Positions 38,373 to 49,134 of a stretch of DNA of 64,000 nucleotides are shown here, one piece after another. The translations under genes were made by a program, and so were the position numbers. This stretch comes from a virus (Duplodnaviria > Heunggongvirae > Uroviricota > Caudoviricetes). Position 1 is the stretch's first letter; each line of letters starts with the position of its first letter. Location: IMG/VR virus record IMGVR_UViG_3300025133_000019. One strand, written 5' to 3'. Under the pieces are notes generated by a model, which ran no database searches, had not been told where the DNA came from, and saw only the letters and a program-made list of their open reading frames with translations.

Positions 38373-39047
38373 ATGGCACTACCTAAAGAATTAAATTTTT
38401 TAAAAACAGTTGAAAAGTATAAAGTTGAAGGGACAAAAGATATCTCTATAGGGGATGATATCTTTACACTACGGGCTCTTTCTGTCGATGAGACTCTGGA
38501 ATGCGTAAAAAGGTCTTGGGAGGAAGTTCCAAATATAGGGGAGCAACCTGCTGTCTTTGCTTCTGCTTTGAAAACAACTGTTTTAACTTATTGCATCACT
38601 AGAGTTAATGGGTCAGAGTGCCCCTCACCAAATACAATAGTCTATGATGATGATTCTGGAGAGGCCGTAGGATCATTCTTTGACATTCTTAGAGATATAA
38701 TTAAAGGGTGGGATGACGCTATATTTTCTTACGTTCTCAATGAATATGAGGAATTTAAAGATAAGCATACTAAATCCATTGAAAAAAAGTATGGTATAAA
38801 AGTAAATAATGCCGATCTCTCTAAGATATTAGATTTCCAGGAAGACATAGAAAACATGGAGTCTTACGACAAGAGTTTAGCGGATAGTGTCAACACTCCA
38901 GTTTCTGAGAACGCATTTGACCCAGAGCCAGTTCCGGAGTATAGCAACCTAGAGAATAGAACTTATCAAGAGGAACCTGAAGAGGTCGATAAAGTAGTAA
39001 TACCAGAAAATCAGGGGGCAGTTGTAGCTAAACCGCCCAGGATTTAA
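38373..39047 (+). CDS. Tail assembly chaperone
   Basis: Between tube and tape measure; FTLRALSVDE, LTYCITRVNG. Confidence 0.65.
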   Translation: MALPKELNFLKTVEKYKVEGTKDISIGDDIFTLRALSVDETLECVKRSWEEVPNIGEQPAVFASALKTTVLTYCITRVNGSECPSPNTIVYDDDSGEAVGSFFDILRDIIKGWDDAIFSYVLNEYEEFKDKHTKSIEKKYGIKVNNADLSKILDFQEDIENMESYDKSLADSVNTPVSENAFDPEPVPEYSNLENRTYQEEPEEVDKVVIPENQGAVVAKPPRI

Positions 39048-40052
39048 ATGCTAACTCAAGAGATATGTGTAAAATTAGAGAACCTTATACTTTTTTCCGG
39101 TCTTTTTTATAGGGTAGAAGTAGATAGTGGTGTATCTATTCTATTTAAAACAGTATCTCAACAAGAGGAAAAAGCGTTAGAATTACAAACGGGCTTTTCT
39201 ATTCTAAAAGTCTCGGAAGTGTCTTCTAATCAAGATATAACTTCTATTTTAGAATATGATAAGCTAAAGAGATACGCAAGCCTTTATTTAGCTAGATCTG
39301 TAGTTTTTGTAAATGATCACAACCTTTTGTTGAATAGATCGAGTACTTTACCGGACCTCGAAGACTACTTTAAAACTTTACCTTTAGAACTGTTATTTTA
39401 TTTGTTTTCCGAAGCTGTTAAGAAAAGGGCAGAGGAGATGAATTTGGCTAAACATTTAGAGGACTTCCATAGACTTTATTATTCGAAAGTTTTATGGACT
39501 TTAGTTAAAAGGTGTGGATTTAACGCTTTTGCCGTAACAGGTATACCAGGATCTGACAATTTTTGCTTATCATATATTCAATTGTTATTTATGAATTATA
39601 TGGAGCGACGTGAAGAGTTTGAGAGACAAAAGGAGATGTTCCAGCCGTTCCAATTTATATCTGGTTTATTTAGTAAAGACGCATCAAAAAAAGTAGAAGA
39701 GCATTTCCAAAGGCTAGAGCTTTCTAGGATTAAAAAAGAAAAGAGAGATGTTTTTGTACATGGGGTTACAACTAAGGAAGAGTTGGTGAGACAGTTGGAC
39801 AGCATGATGAGTGGTCAAGAAGACGATGCTGATAAAGCTGTAAAAAGAGCTGAGCGCCATTCTTACGAATTGTGGAAAAGAGACTACCTAAGCACCCACA
39901 AAAAATTAGTCGATTCAGATATACCAGTTTTAGGCAAAAGGGAGCAAGAAATAACCGAAGAGTATTTGTTAAACGAATACTTGAAACACAGGAATTTTAA
40001 ATTTAGTTCCTGGATGTTGGATGAAATAAAGAGGTTCGAAAACAATGGCTGA
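39048..40052 (+). CDS. Second tail assembly chaperone-like protein
   Basis: ILFKTVSQQEE, LARSVVFVND parallel the preceding gene; overlaps tape measure start. Confidence 0.55.
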   Translation: MLTQEICVKLENLILFSGLFYRVEVDSGVSILFKTVSQQEEKALELQTGFSILKVSEVSSNQDITSILEYDKLKRYASLYLARSVVFVNDHNLLLNRSSTLPDLEDYFKTLPLELLFYLFSEAVKKRAEEMNLAKHLEDFHRLYYSKVLWTLVKRCGFNAFAVTGIPGSDNFCLSYIQLLFMNYMERREEFERQKEMFQPFQFISGLFSKDASKKVEEHFQRLELSRIKKEKRDVFVHGVTTKEELVRQLDSMMSGQEDDADKAVKRAERHSYELWKRDYLSTHKKLVDSDIPVLGKREQEITEEYLLNEYLKHRNFKFSSWMLDEIKRFENNG

Positions 40053-42177
40053 TGAATTAAAGATTGACGTAAATAAGTCTAAGAAAGATTTGGACTCCAT
40101 TCTTGAAACTGTCCAAAATGTTCGTACCGGACTTTCTCAGGCTGGTAAAGAAGCTGAGGGATTCGGTAAGAGTGTCAAAGGGGCACAAAAGGCTGCTGAC
40201 GTAACTGGCAGAGCTATGGAAAGAAGCAATAAGTCTACTAAGGAGATGTCTGACAGCCAGAAAGAGACCACAAAGAACATGAAAGAGTTTGACATGTTGA
40301 CCCACAGGATAAATAGGTCTCTAGGAGATACCAGGACTATTATGGACGACATAGCTGATTTTTCGGAGACATGGGGAAGTTCTAGCGGGTTTCCCACTCT
40401 TACGAAAGCTTTGTCGGGAGGTATAGGCAAATTACAGAATAAAGATTCTATAATAGGAAAAGTAGGATCGGCTTTCGTGTCTATGTCAAAGGGCATGCAG
40501 TTTATGGGGCAAACTAGTAAATTACTAGGTTCTGTGTTTAGACCTCTCTTGTCAATGGTAAGTCTTGCTGGAGGTCTATTAAAAGGTCTGTTCTTTATTT
40601 TAGTAGGCACTCACGAAAAAGCAGCCCAAAATGCAGGAGCCTTTCAAAAAATGGCTTTGAGCATGGGTACTTTTGGTGAAAACATAGATAGGCTAGATAA
40701 AACGAATCTTACTGCGTTACAGGTTGCGGTTAATAAGGCGGGTAAAGAGCTTGGTTTCGTGGGTTCCGAGATGATAGAAGCTTTTGGGGCTCTTGCGGAG
40801 TCGGGAGGCGTTTTCGATCTTACCGAGAAAGGGGTGGACAGGCTATCTAGATCCATCCGTCATCTAGCTGTTGTTACGGGGCAGGACTTTAAACAAGTAG
40901 CTTCTCAACTAGGAAAGCTAATTAGTATGACTGGACGTGGCGAGGAGTATAGTAGTGCTGTTCTTAGCACGGTAAAAGATAATTTTATAAATAGTGGAAT
41001 GGAGGTAGGACAGTTTACTAGTACTGTCATGGAAGCTGTGGATTCCATGGGTGACTTTGGGACAATGATAAAAGGTAACGCTAGATACCTAGCTTCTCTT
41101 AAGAACGTCACTCATTCTAATACTAGGGCTTTAGAAGCTTTTAGAAGTGCTCAGGAAGGAAGAAAACGGGAGATAGGAGAAAGCTCAGCTTTGTTAACCG
41201 ACTTTTTAGGGTCAAAAGAAGGTAAAAGGGTTATTGGTACTATGATACTAGATGTTCAGAAGAAGCTAGATGATAGTAAGAAAGAGGGAGGAAAACCCCT
41301 ATCTAAAGAAGAAAGTGTTATTGCAACAACTCAGTTGAGATCCTTTAAAAAACTACTGAAATCCCCTAGTGATATAGGGGCGATTAATATATTTCGAAAA
41401 GGTGTTGACGCTCAGGTTCTTGCTTCCGCTGAAATGGCTGGATTATTGAGACTAATGGTAGGTAATACCGAAAATTTTGATATTAACAAGTTTCTTGATA
41501 GAGGAGACTTTAATATAACTCAATTTGCCGAGGGTTTTAAAATAAGAGAGGAAAGCTTTAGAGTTTTTATAAACAGCTTTGCTAAAGCCCAGAAAAAAGA
41601 CCCTTCTATGGGACTAAATGAATTTATTGGCCAATATATGACGAAAAGTGTGGCCCAATCTGAAGAGGACAAGGTAAAAAAGGAAGCTGCGGAAAAGGCT
41701 GCTGCTGATAAATGGGCAAAAGAACAACTAACCATAGCAAAGCAGGCTGCTGCTTTTACAGAGAGTCTTACTACACACGTAGCCGATATTTTTCCTGAGA
41801 TTGGTAAGATGGGGGGTCTAGCTGATATGGGTCTGGGGGGACTAGAAAAAGCTGCGGTTTGGATTTTACATGGAATAAGGTCTGTAGTGGATATGATAAA
41901 AAATGTGTGGATGGAGATAAGCAATTTAACAGCAACTATTGCAAGCTCTTGGTTTTTCAAGTCGCCTCCGCTCCCCGTGACACCTGCATCGGCTCCCCCA
42001 ACTCTAACCGTAGCTAACCTTACAGAAGGTCTTTATGAGGATATGGTACGGGGGCATAACAAACATCTAGATAACCTTTATAAGCCGGGAAGAGGTGGGA
42101 ATACCACTCTCAATCTTCATAGTAATCTTAGCAAGTTTTCCCAAGTGGTGAGCTATACTGTAGAGCAGAGTCGTTAA
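40045..42177 (+). CDS. Tape measure protein
   Basis: 710 aa, Ala/Gly/Lys-rich helical, canonical position. Confidence 0.8.
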   Translation: MADELKIDVNKSKKDLDSILETVQNVRTGLSQAGKEAEGFGKSVKGAQKAADVTGRAMERSNKSTKEMSDSQKETTKNMKEFDMLTHRINRSLGDTRTIMDDIADFSETWGSSSGFPTLTKALSGGIGKLQNKDSIIGKVGSAFVSMSKGMQFMGQTSKLLGSVFRPLLSMVSLAGGLLKGLFFILVGTHEKAAQNAGAFQKMALSMGTFGENIDRLDKTNLTALQVAVNKAGKELGFVGSEMIEAFGALAESGGVFDLTEKGVDRLSRSIRHLAVVTGQDFKQVASQLGKLISMTGRGEEYSSAVLSTVKDNFINSGMEVGQFTSTVMEAVDSMGDFGTMIKGNARYLASLKNVTHSNTRALEAFRSAQEGRKREIGESSALLTDFLGSKEGKRVIGTMILDVQKKLDDSKKEGGKPLSKEESVIATTQLRSFKKLLKSPSDIGAINIFRKGVDAQVLASAEMAGLLRLMVGNTENFDINKFLDRGDFNITQFAEGFKIREESFRVFINSFAKAQKKDPSMGLNEFIGQYMTKSVAQSEEDKVKKEAAEKAAADKWAKEQLTIAKQAAAFTESLTTHVADIFPEIGKMGGLADMGLGGLEKAAVWILHGIRSVVDMIKNVWMEISNLTATIASSWFFKSPPLPVTPASAPPTLTVANLTEGLYEDMVRGHNKHLDNLYKPGRGGNTTLNLHSNLSKFSQVVSYTVEQSR

Positions 42178-42179
42178 TA

Positions 42180-42680
42180 ATGCTCTCAGAGGTTAAGGAT
42201 AAAGAGAAAGATCTATCCACATCTCTTCTCATTACTGTCCCTTCTTTAGGGGATATATCTTTTGCTATGTTTGTAAACCCTTCTAAATTGGAGTGGGATT
42301 TGGGGGCCAAAAGACAACAAATAGATGAGAACTGGGAAGGTAATACGGAATCAAACTTTCCAAGTGATTACGAAATCCTTACTATAACAGGAACAACTGG
42401 GGCTTTTATACACAATTCTGAAGGAATACTACATATTAATAGGGAAGATAGTACTGCATACCAGAAGTATCAAGCTCTTGTGGAAATTATTAAGAATAAT
42501 GGTATGGAATACAATAGTGCTGGCAGACCTTTAGATGTGTCTCCTATTAGAATTCACTATTTAGGAGCAGTTTGGGAGGGAAATTTTAGGTCTTTTTCTT
42601 CTGTGGAAGAAGAAACTAGTCCTCTACAGTTTACAATTGATTTTGAGTTTCAAGCGGAAAGGAGCATAATTAGAACATGA
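42180..42680 (+). CDS. Tail tube initiator-like baseplate protein
   Basis: FVNPSKL...LTITG...WEGNFRSF...FTIDFEF. Confidence 0.6.
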   Translation: MLSEVKDKEKDLSTSLLITVPSLGDISFAMFVNPSKLEWDLGAKRQQIDENWEGNTESNFPSDYEILTITGTTGAFIHNSEGILHINREDSTAYQKYQALVEIIKNNGMEYNSAGRPLDVSPIRIHYLGAVWEGNFRSFSSVEEETSPLQFTIDFEFQAERSIIRT

Positions 42681-43456
42681 GTGAAAAGGCTTTTAATAAA
42701 TTCTTAGAACTCAATAAGCAGGTAACTGCTGCTAACCACACGAAAAGAATTTTTGATGATATCAGAAAAAATTTAAGGGAAGAGGAGGCTGTGCCAAAAG
42801 GAAGATCGGGAACTAGTTTAGACAGTTCTAATTTTATAGTTTATGTTCCCCAGCATTTAAATCCATCAGATTTTTTTATGGTGAATAATTCGGAGGATTC
42901 TGGAAAATTAGTTATCCCTAAGAACGAACGAACAGAAGATATTATGAAAATACGTTTAATAGAGATGTCAGTGAACATTCCTGAGTTGTACTTGTTAGTA
43001 AATCCTAGCTCTCTTTCTATTAACCAAGAAAAATCTTATACTACTTATTATACTAGATATGGGCCTAAAACAGAATGGAATGGTAATAAACCTACGGAAA
43101 TTACTATATCTGGTAAAAGCGGAGGATTTTACCGAGAAAATCTGGATTATGATGGTGCAGGGTATAATGTTAGAAACTATTTTAGTACACTAGCATTTAA
43201 GAATATAATGAGCTTAGTTTCTATGTATAAAAACAATGGGTTCGTTTATGGTACTACTTCGATAGGCGAGAAGGATACAATATTTAGAAATATGGTAACT
43301 GATTTAGGTAAAGTGGAAATAGTATACAAACATAAAATTTATCAAGGCTCTTTTAAGACAATGTCTTTGTCATTTGAAGACTCCGATCCATCTAGACTAG
43401 ACTTTAATTTCTCTTTTGCAGCTTATAAAGAAATAGACGGAAGGCCAGTATTCTAA
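42677..43456 (+). CDS. Tail tube initiator-like baseplate protein (paralog)
   Basis: LVNPSSL...ITISG...YQGSFKTM...FNFSF; ATGA overlap. Confidence 0.6.
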   Translation: MSEKAFNKFLELNKQVTAANHTKRIFDDIRKNLREEEAVPKGRSGTSLDSSNFIVYVPQHLNPSDFFMVNNSEDSGKLVIPKNERTEDIMKIRLIEMSVNIPELYLLVNPSSLSINQEKSYTTYYTRYGPKTEWNGNKPTEITISGKSGGFYRENLDYDGAGYNVRNYFSTLAFKNIMSLVSMYKNNGFVYGTTSIGEKDTIFRNMVTDLGKVEIVYKHKIYQGSFKTMSLSFEDSDPSRLDFNFSFAAYKEIDGRPVF

Positions 43457-45378
43457 TGTCAAATAAATTAGGAAATAAGCAGTATACTCGTTTATACAGG
43501 GATTGGATCGTTTTGATTAACGACAAACCAGAAGTTGAACTTATTTCTGAAGGCCGTTCTTACAAGAGAGATATAAATGAAGATGTAACTAGTATTAGTG
43601 CTAATTATAATATTGATGCTCCTCCCGCAACATGTGATATAGAAATACAAGCTCCGAGACATAAAAGTCAGGGAGAGCCTTTGCCTTATAGGGATGGATC
43701 TAAAGTACAAATAAAAGATTTTGACGAGATAAAAGTGTACGCAAGAAATAGATTCAAATATCCTGACGGAAAAACAGAGTTTTCAGAAATTTTTAGAGGG
43801 ATAGTTATCAGAATAGTTGATTCTGGGGAAGGCAATAATCACAGGATAACATTGAATTGTGTGGATATGTTGTACTGGTGGAAAATAATGAGAATGAATA
43901 TCAACCCTTCTCTAATTAATAGGTTGACTTATTCATTTAGAACAAAGAATGATGCCAAAAAAACTATTTACGGGGACAGAAATCCTTACGAAATAATTTC
44001 TTATATATCTAAGATTTATAAAATAGATTTTGCAGGAGATAATACTAAGTTTGTGCCTAGAACTCAAGCAGAGGCTTTTGTTGCTGACACCAATGCTTCT
44101 TGTGCTATGGAGGTTTGGGAAGACAGATTTAAAAAAGTTGAGAGAAAGTTAGCTTTTTACGGTTTAGCTGGAGCCACGGACAGCGATGAGAGTAAGACAA
44201 ATAAACGTGATATAAAGGCACAAAGTGGTAGCAAGGCAAAAAGAGATTCTAATAGATCTAGGTCGTCTTCTGCTGACTCTGTATCTCAGATAGATGAAAC
44301 AGACCAATTTAAAACGGTCACCATAGATATTGACAAGAATAGTCTAATTAAGTTCAAGCCTTTTGAACAAATATTTATACCCAGTGCTTTTCAAGATGAG
44401 TACAAAACGAGGTTGGAGATAGCTCAGGAACTTGCTAGAATATGTGGTTACGAGTTTTTCCAGGATACAGGCGGTTACATAACGTTTAAGCCCCCGTTTT
44501 ACAATGTAAAAATAGATAGAAGCGCTGCCCCTGTTTATGTGGTGGAGGAGCCGGATTTAATTAGTGCGGATTTTAGCTCCAATTCTGAAGAAGTAGTTAC
44601 GGAAATGAGTGTTAAAGGGGTGTATTCAACTCAATATAACTCCTCTTTAGATGAAGGTGTTAGGGCATTCTATCGAGATGGTTATATGGCTTGCCAATAC
44701 GGGATACAAACTCAGAATATGGAGGTGGCCTGGATTAGGTCTAGTACACAAGCTCTGCAATATGCTGTAAGCGAGTTAGACAAGATAAATTCTTACCGAT
44801 TTCAAGCTAGCCTTTCAATTACAGGAAGGCCGGAGCTTAGGCTGGGCATGCCTATTTATATAGCTAGTCATGATGCTTATTGGTATATAACTGGCATCGC
44901 TCATAATTTATCAAGTGATTCGTTTACTACTACTATAACAGCAACTGCTAAAAGGGATAAGTTTTTTCATAAAGGCCAAGAGATGAAGAATGCAGTTCTT
45001 AAGTCTGAGGCCATGGGAGTTGATCCTAATAATGATAGCAGAATTAAGACCCACGTAGTCCAGTCTGTTAATGGGGTGATGTCTACGGGTAGTGTATCAA
45101 CAGTGACTGTTTCTAAAGATACTATAGAATTACCAGTATCTGATGAATTGGGGTACGAGTTAACCGGAGGATTTCCTTACGGAAGAAGTTTCACTGTTAA
45201 TGAGAAAGGCAATATAGAAGATTCTTCTGGGAGAGTTATCTCCCCTTCTACTGTACCAGATATTTTGACTAATTATGAAATAAAAAATAAGACCAAAGGT
45301 GCTCAGGATCAGGATGTTGCATCGCCTCAAGACGGGGGAGTGGAACCCAATCCCAGGTTTTTTAAGGGTGCGGTCTAA
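43456..45378 (+). CDS. Baseplate hub protein (gp27/gpD-like)
   Basis: FRGIV...TLNCVD, GYEFFQD.GGYI.FKPP, ASLSITGRPELRLG...YITGIAH. Confidence 0.75.
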   Translation: MSNKLGNKQYTRLYRDWIVLINDKPEVELISEGRSYKRDINEDVTSISANYNIDAPPATCDIEIQAPRHKSQGEPLPYRDGSKVQIKDFDEIKVYARNRFKYPDGKTEFSEIFRGIVIRIVDSGEGNNHRITLNCVDMLYWWKIMRMNINPSLINRLTYSFRTKNDAKKTIYGDRNPYEIISYISKIYKIDFAGDNTKFVPRTQAEAFVADTNASCAMEVWEDRFKKVERKLAFYGLAGATDSDESKTNKRDIKAQSGSKAKRDSNRSRSSSADSVSQIDETDQFKTVTIDIDKNSLIKFKPFEQIFIPSAFQDEYKTRLEIAQELARICGYEFFQDTGGYITFKPPFYNVKIDRSAAPVYVVEEPDLISADFSSNSEEVVTEMSVKGVYSTQYNSSLDEGVRAFYRDGYMACQYGIQTQNMEVAWIRSSTQALQYAVSELDKINSYRFQASLSITGRPELRLGMPIYIASHDAYWYITGIAHNLSSDSFTTTITATAKRDKFFHKGQEMKNAVLKSEAMGVDPNNDSRIKTHVVQSVNGVMSTGSVSTVTVSKDTIELPVSDELGYELTGGFPYGRSFTVNEKGNIEDSSGRVISPSTVPDILTNYEIKNKTKGAQDQDVASPQDGGVEPNPRFFKGAV

Positions 45379-47393
45379 TGTTTTTAAGTTCTTTTCCTAA
45401 TGTTTATTATCCTCAATCTGGATTTCGTAATAATAATGATAGCTTTAATTATTATTTAGGAGTTGCCAGAATAGTTCACTATGATCCTAATTCTAAGAAA
45501 GCCGATATTCAGTGGTTGGATGGATTTGGAGGCAGTGCTAATAGTGTAGATGTCGCATTCATGGAATCCAATAGGGACTCTTTTTTCGGAATCCCCCCTA
45601 GTGACGGTGATGTGGTTTTAGTTTCTAGGGGCCGAGGAAATCTCTCCTCTGGATTTCCTTATATTGTAGCCAAGTTACCAATTTCCTCGGAAGCCACTAG
45701 AATAAATGCTTTTGTATATGACTTTTTTGAGGATAGATATGATTTCTCTTATACTAGATCTCCAGAATCCTCTGATCCGTATTTAAAATCTAAGAAGGGA
45801 TCAGAACTCCATCTTACTCAAGATATTTTTTTGGGGACTTCTTCTTTTTCCCAGATAGAAGGAATATCTTCCCAAGATATTTTTTATAATACTTCTAGGG
45901 CATTCCATTTCTTTGGCGGAGGTATTTGGGGGAATTTTGGAACTGTCAATTTACCAATGGCATTTCAGAAAACAGGGGACTCCGGAGACATAAAGTCTTT
46001 ACATAAAAATGAGTATGACAGACAAGCTTCTAAATCTATAGATTCCGGGATAACTCCTATTATTTTGGAAGACGGGACTTTTTTATATGCTCCTACTGAG
46101 AACGACAGTAAGAAAAACGGCGATGAGTCTGACCCATACACCGAATTTGATTTCATGCTGTCAGAGACTCACCCCCTAGAACCTGTATCTTTAGGGTCGT
46201 CTGATTTGATTAACGAAGACTTTTTAAAGGCCGGGGAAGATACAGGTATTTTTGCAAGACTAGGTTTTGGAACAAAAATCGGCAAGGACCCTGAACGTAA
46301 GGATTTATATTCTCGTCCTGTAAGAAGAGCTATATATTCTGAAGATTCCGAAGATCAACTTAAATTTGAAACCGACAAGAAAAAATTACAAGAAGGAATT
46401 AAAACTAAAGATGATAACGATAAATTCGGAACTAGCTTTTGGTTCAATTTATATCAAAAATCTAAGGAAGTCGGTTTTTTTGAAGTAATAAGATCCGGGG
46501 CTATAAAAATATTCTCGGGAGTCAAATCCGAAAGCGACGGAGGAGACGGAGATTCAGGAAATTCTTTGGAATTAGATCTGAAAGGCAGAGTAAAGGCTTC
46601 TATAGGCAATTTTGAGGACTACAACCCCGATATAGATGAATGCAGCGATGACCAATTTCCGGAAATCAAAAAGTCTTCCAAAACAGAGTCAGTCATAGGG
46701 TTCTTTAAAAAAGGTATAAATTTATTTATAAAAGAGAAAGACGATAATGACACCGCTTTTCAAATTTATGCCGAAGAAGGTCATGGTAGATTGAGGTTCG
46801 GAGGAGACTTTCATGTTCATGTTGAAGGCAAGGAAAGAAGGTATGTGAAAGGAGATGGAGTTTCCACTTATAACGGAAATTTTTTATTAAGAGCTTCTAA
46901 GAGTTTTGTTGCAAAATCTAAAAAGACTTTAGGATTTCAGGGGTCTCCTTTGGTGTTTGCATTAAAGCCCTCCACATTTACAGATAGCTGCGGGGGTAGT
47001 AGCTCTTCGGGAACGTCTAGTAATGTGATAACCATAGGATTTGGGTCTGATATTACTGACACGGGAGAGGTACAAGGTGGGAAACAAGCAAAGGCCACAG
47101 TAGACAGCATAGAGTCTCCTACTAAACTTACGTTAGATTTAGCTGGTTTAAATGAGATCTTGGTGCAGAATTTTACTAAGTTTGTGTTTGATGGTAAAGT
47201 AGATGTAGGCAAGAGTCCTAAACCAGTTGGTGTTAAAGGAAGTATATCCTCTTTCAGCGGATCTAACGATGTACATACTAATCATACTTTAGATCAACAG
47301 TTGAGCGGGTCCTTAAGAGCCAGTGGGGGAGGATCTTCCTCAGGTTCTACTGGAGATTCTGGAACCCAACGTTATGAAAGTGTACCGTTGTAA
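45378..47393 (+). CDS. Baseplate spike (gp5/gpV-like)
   Basis: N-terminal OB-fold (ARIVHYD...PPSDGDVVLV) and beta-helix-like repeats GDFHVHVEGKERRYVKGD. Confidence 0.65.
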   Translation: MFLSSFPNVYYPQSGFRNNNDSFNYYLGVARIVHYDPNSKKADIQWLDGFGGSANSVDVAFMESNRDSFFGIPPSDGDVVLVSRGRGNLSSGFPYIVAKLPISSEATRINAFVYDFFEDRYDFSYTRSPESSDPYLKSKKGSELHLTQDIFLGTSSFSQIEGISSQDIFYNTSRAFHFFGGGIWGNFGTVNLPMAFQKTGDSGDIKSLHKNEYDRQASKSIDSGITPIILEDGTFLYAPTENDSKKNGDESDPYTEFDFMLSETHPLEPVSLGSSDLINEDFLKAGEDTGIFARLGFGTKIGKDPERKDLYSRPVRRAIYSEDSEDQLKFETDKKKLQEGIKTKDDNDKFGTSFWFNLYQKSKEVGFFEVIRSGAIKIFSGVKSESDGGDGDSGNSLELDLKGRVKASIGNFEDYNPDIDECSDDQFPEIKKSSKTESVIGFFKKGINLFIKEKDDNDTAFQIYAEEGHGRLRFGGDFHVHVEGKERRYVKGDGVSTYNGNFLLRASKSFVAKSKKTLGFQGSPLVFALKPSTFTDSCGGSSSSGTSSNVITIGFGSDITDTGEVQGGKQAKATVDSIESPTKLTLDLAGLNEILVQNFTKFVFDGKVDVGKSPKPVGVKGSISSFSGSNDVHTNHTLDQQLSGSLRASGGGSSSGSTGDSGTQRYESVPL

Positions 47394-47395
47394 AT

Positions 47396-48349
47396 ATGAC
47401 TATTAATCAAGCTATATTAGATAAGTTCTCAGCCACAGTTTCAGAGACTATTAAAGATAGGATAGACTCTTTATTTCTAGATGCTAGTATTGAAGAAGAT
47501 TACTTTGAATCTATTGACGAAGCTATTGCTTCATCAGTTGAATCTGTTGCCTCTTTAGATCTTGAGATAGAGGTTTACGACTTTTTGCTGCAAGTAGTGG
47601 TGGAATCTATAAACGATCATTTGGATACAGCCATTCAAACTATAAAAGATATGGATACTTCACAAGGGAACGTTTTATTGTGGAGCCCTAATTCGGTGGT
47701 ATCTCCCTTAGACTCAAGCAATATAACTCCAGGATCTCCTGTACTGTCAGGGGAATATACGCCAGCACAAGGTTTACCTAGCTTGGAGGAAACAGGGAAT
47801 AATTACAAGATTCCTTATCAAATAAATTATTCCTACATTGATCACGATTCAGGAAGCAGATCCAATGGAGTTGATCCTGATGGCCCATCAGAGTTAAGTT
47901 CCCCTGGACATAGAGAGCCAAATGACCCAGTAATTTCCTATACTTATGAGGGAGACACAAGAATTTTACCGGGAATCAGAATTAAAGACACTGAGCCTAG
48001 TTATGAGTTTTTTACAGACGGAATAGAGGTTTATTACTACAGACCAGTGTATTCGTCTAGTGACGAGACTCCACAAGGCGGGGGTCCTCCCGAAACAGTT
48101 ATTGGTATAACTGAGGAAAAGGTCATAGTTTATGACACATCTTCGGCACAAGCTCTTTCCGAGTTGGTAAACAGTGGTAAAATTTTATTTTATATATTTG
48201 AGCTTCTCAGAAATGGGGTAGAGCAAACTTCTGGGGCCTACACACAAACAGTTAATTTATATTCTTCTATTGATAGAATGTTAATTCAAAAAGATAACTT
48301 TATATTTAAGACTGATTTACTTAAAGAGTTGGTTAATAATGGCGATTAA
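47396..48349 (+). CDS. Hypothetical baseplate-region protein
   Basis: 317-aa ORF; context only. Confidence 0.6.
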   Translation: MTINQAILDKFSATVSETIKDRIDSLFLDASIEEDYFESIDEAIASSVESVASLDLEIEVYDFLLQVVVESINDHLDTAIQTIKDMDTSQGNVLLWSPNSVVSPLDSSNITPGSPVLSGEYTPAQGLPSLEETGNNYKIPYQINYSYIDHDSGSRSNGVDPDGPSELSSPGHREPNDPVISYTYEGDTRILPGIRIKDTEPSYEFFTDGIEVYYYRPVYSSSDETPQGGGPPETVIGITEEKVIVYDTSSAQALSELVNSGKILFYIFELLRNGVEQTSGAYTQTVNLYSSIDRMLIQKDNFIFKTDLLKELVNNGD

Positions 48350-49085
48350 TTTAGGCTCGAAAGCAGGCAAGATTTCAGATATAGAGCTGCCTTCTGGCAC
48401 AAGCACTTCTGGAATTCCAGAGCCGACTGGGGATGCTACCTCCAACGAGGACGTAGAGTTAATAAAAAGGCAAATTTTTGAGTCAGACTTTTTAGGGTCT
48501 ATAGGAACTTATTTCCATGAAGATGATTATAAGAGACTAGAAGAGTTTTATAAAGGTCTGGACAAAGATGTTGAGAAGATAAAAACTCATATAAACAAAG
48601 AATTAGGGCGGATAGAGAAAAAGCTTAAAAAGATGTTTAAACTGCAAGAAAAGCTAACTAAAAAAACATCAGAGAAGAAGTTTGAAGCCATAAAAAATGG
48701 ACTAGATTCTAAGGATGATTCCGTAGTGTGTTTTGGCGGTAAACACGATACTGATCTTGGCGGAGGCTCTGAGTCCTCAGGTGAGATTCAGAAGATAATA
48801 ACAGTTCCTCCTCCTTTACAGGACAACAGTGCTTTAGTGATGACCACAGGGTACTATAAAAGAAAGTTTTCCCATGCTAACGAGAGGGCCAAGTCTATTA
48901 CTAATAGTATAATGTCTTTACTTTCTAAGTATCAGAACTTAATGAGGATATCCGAGTATATAGAAGATTCTGAAAATAAGCATGAGGTAGGCAAAGTCTA
49001 CATAGATACAGCTATTGATAATAAAGATGTATATCCTACTATAGGCCCTATAGAGAACACTACTCTCACTCCTACCTCTACCTAA
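48339..49085 (+). CDS. Hypothetical baseplate-region protein with coiled coil
   Basis: 248-aa ORF; context only. Confidence 0.6.
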   Translation: MAINLGSKAGKISDIELPSGTSTSGIPEPTGDATSNEDVELIKRQIFESDFLGSIGTYFHEDDYKRLEEFYKGLDKDVEKIKTHINKELGRIEKKLKKMFKLQEKLTKKTSEKKFEAIKNGLDSKDDSVVCFGGKHDTDLGGGSESSGEIQKIITVPPPLQDNSALVMTTGYYKRKFSHANERAKSITNSIMSLLSKYQNLMRISEYIEDSENKHEVGKVYIDTAIDNKDVYPTIGPIENTTLTPTST

Positions 49086-49134
49086 GATTTCATCAAACTA
49101 AAAAAGAATAGTTTTTTTGTTCTGGGTTATGCAT

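Noticed and set aside
38783-38789. A-AAA-AAG slippery heptamer in the tail chaperone gene
   Set aside because: The -1 frame hits TAA about six codons later and cannot reach the next ORF, which is in frame 0.
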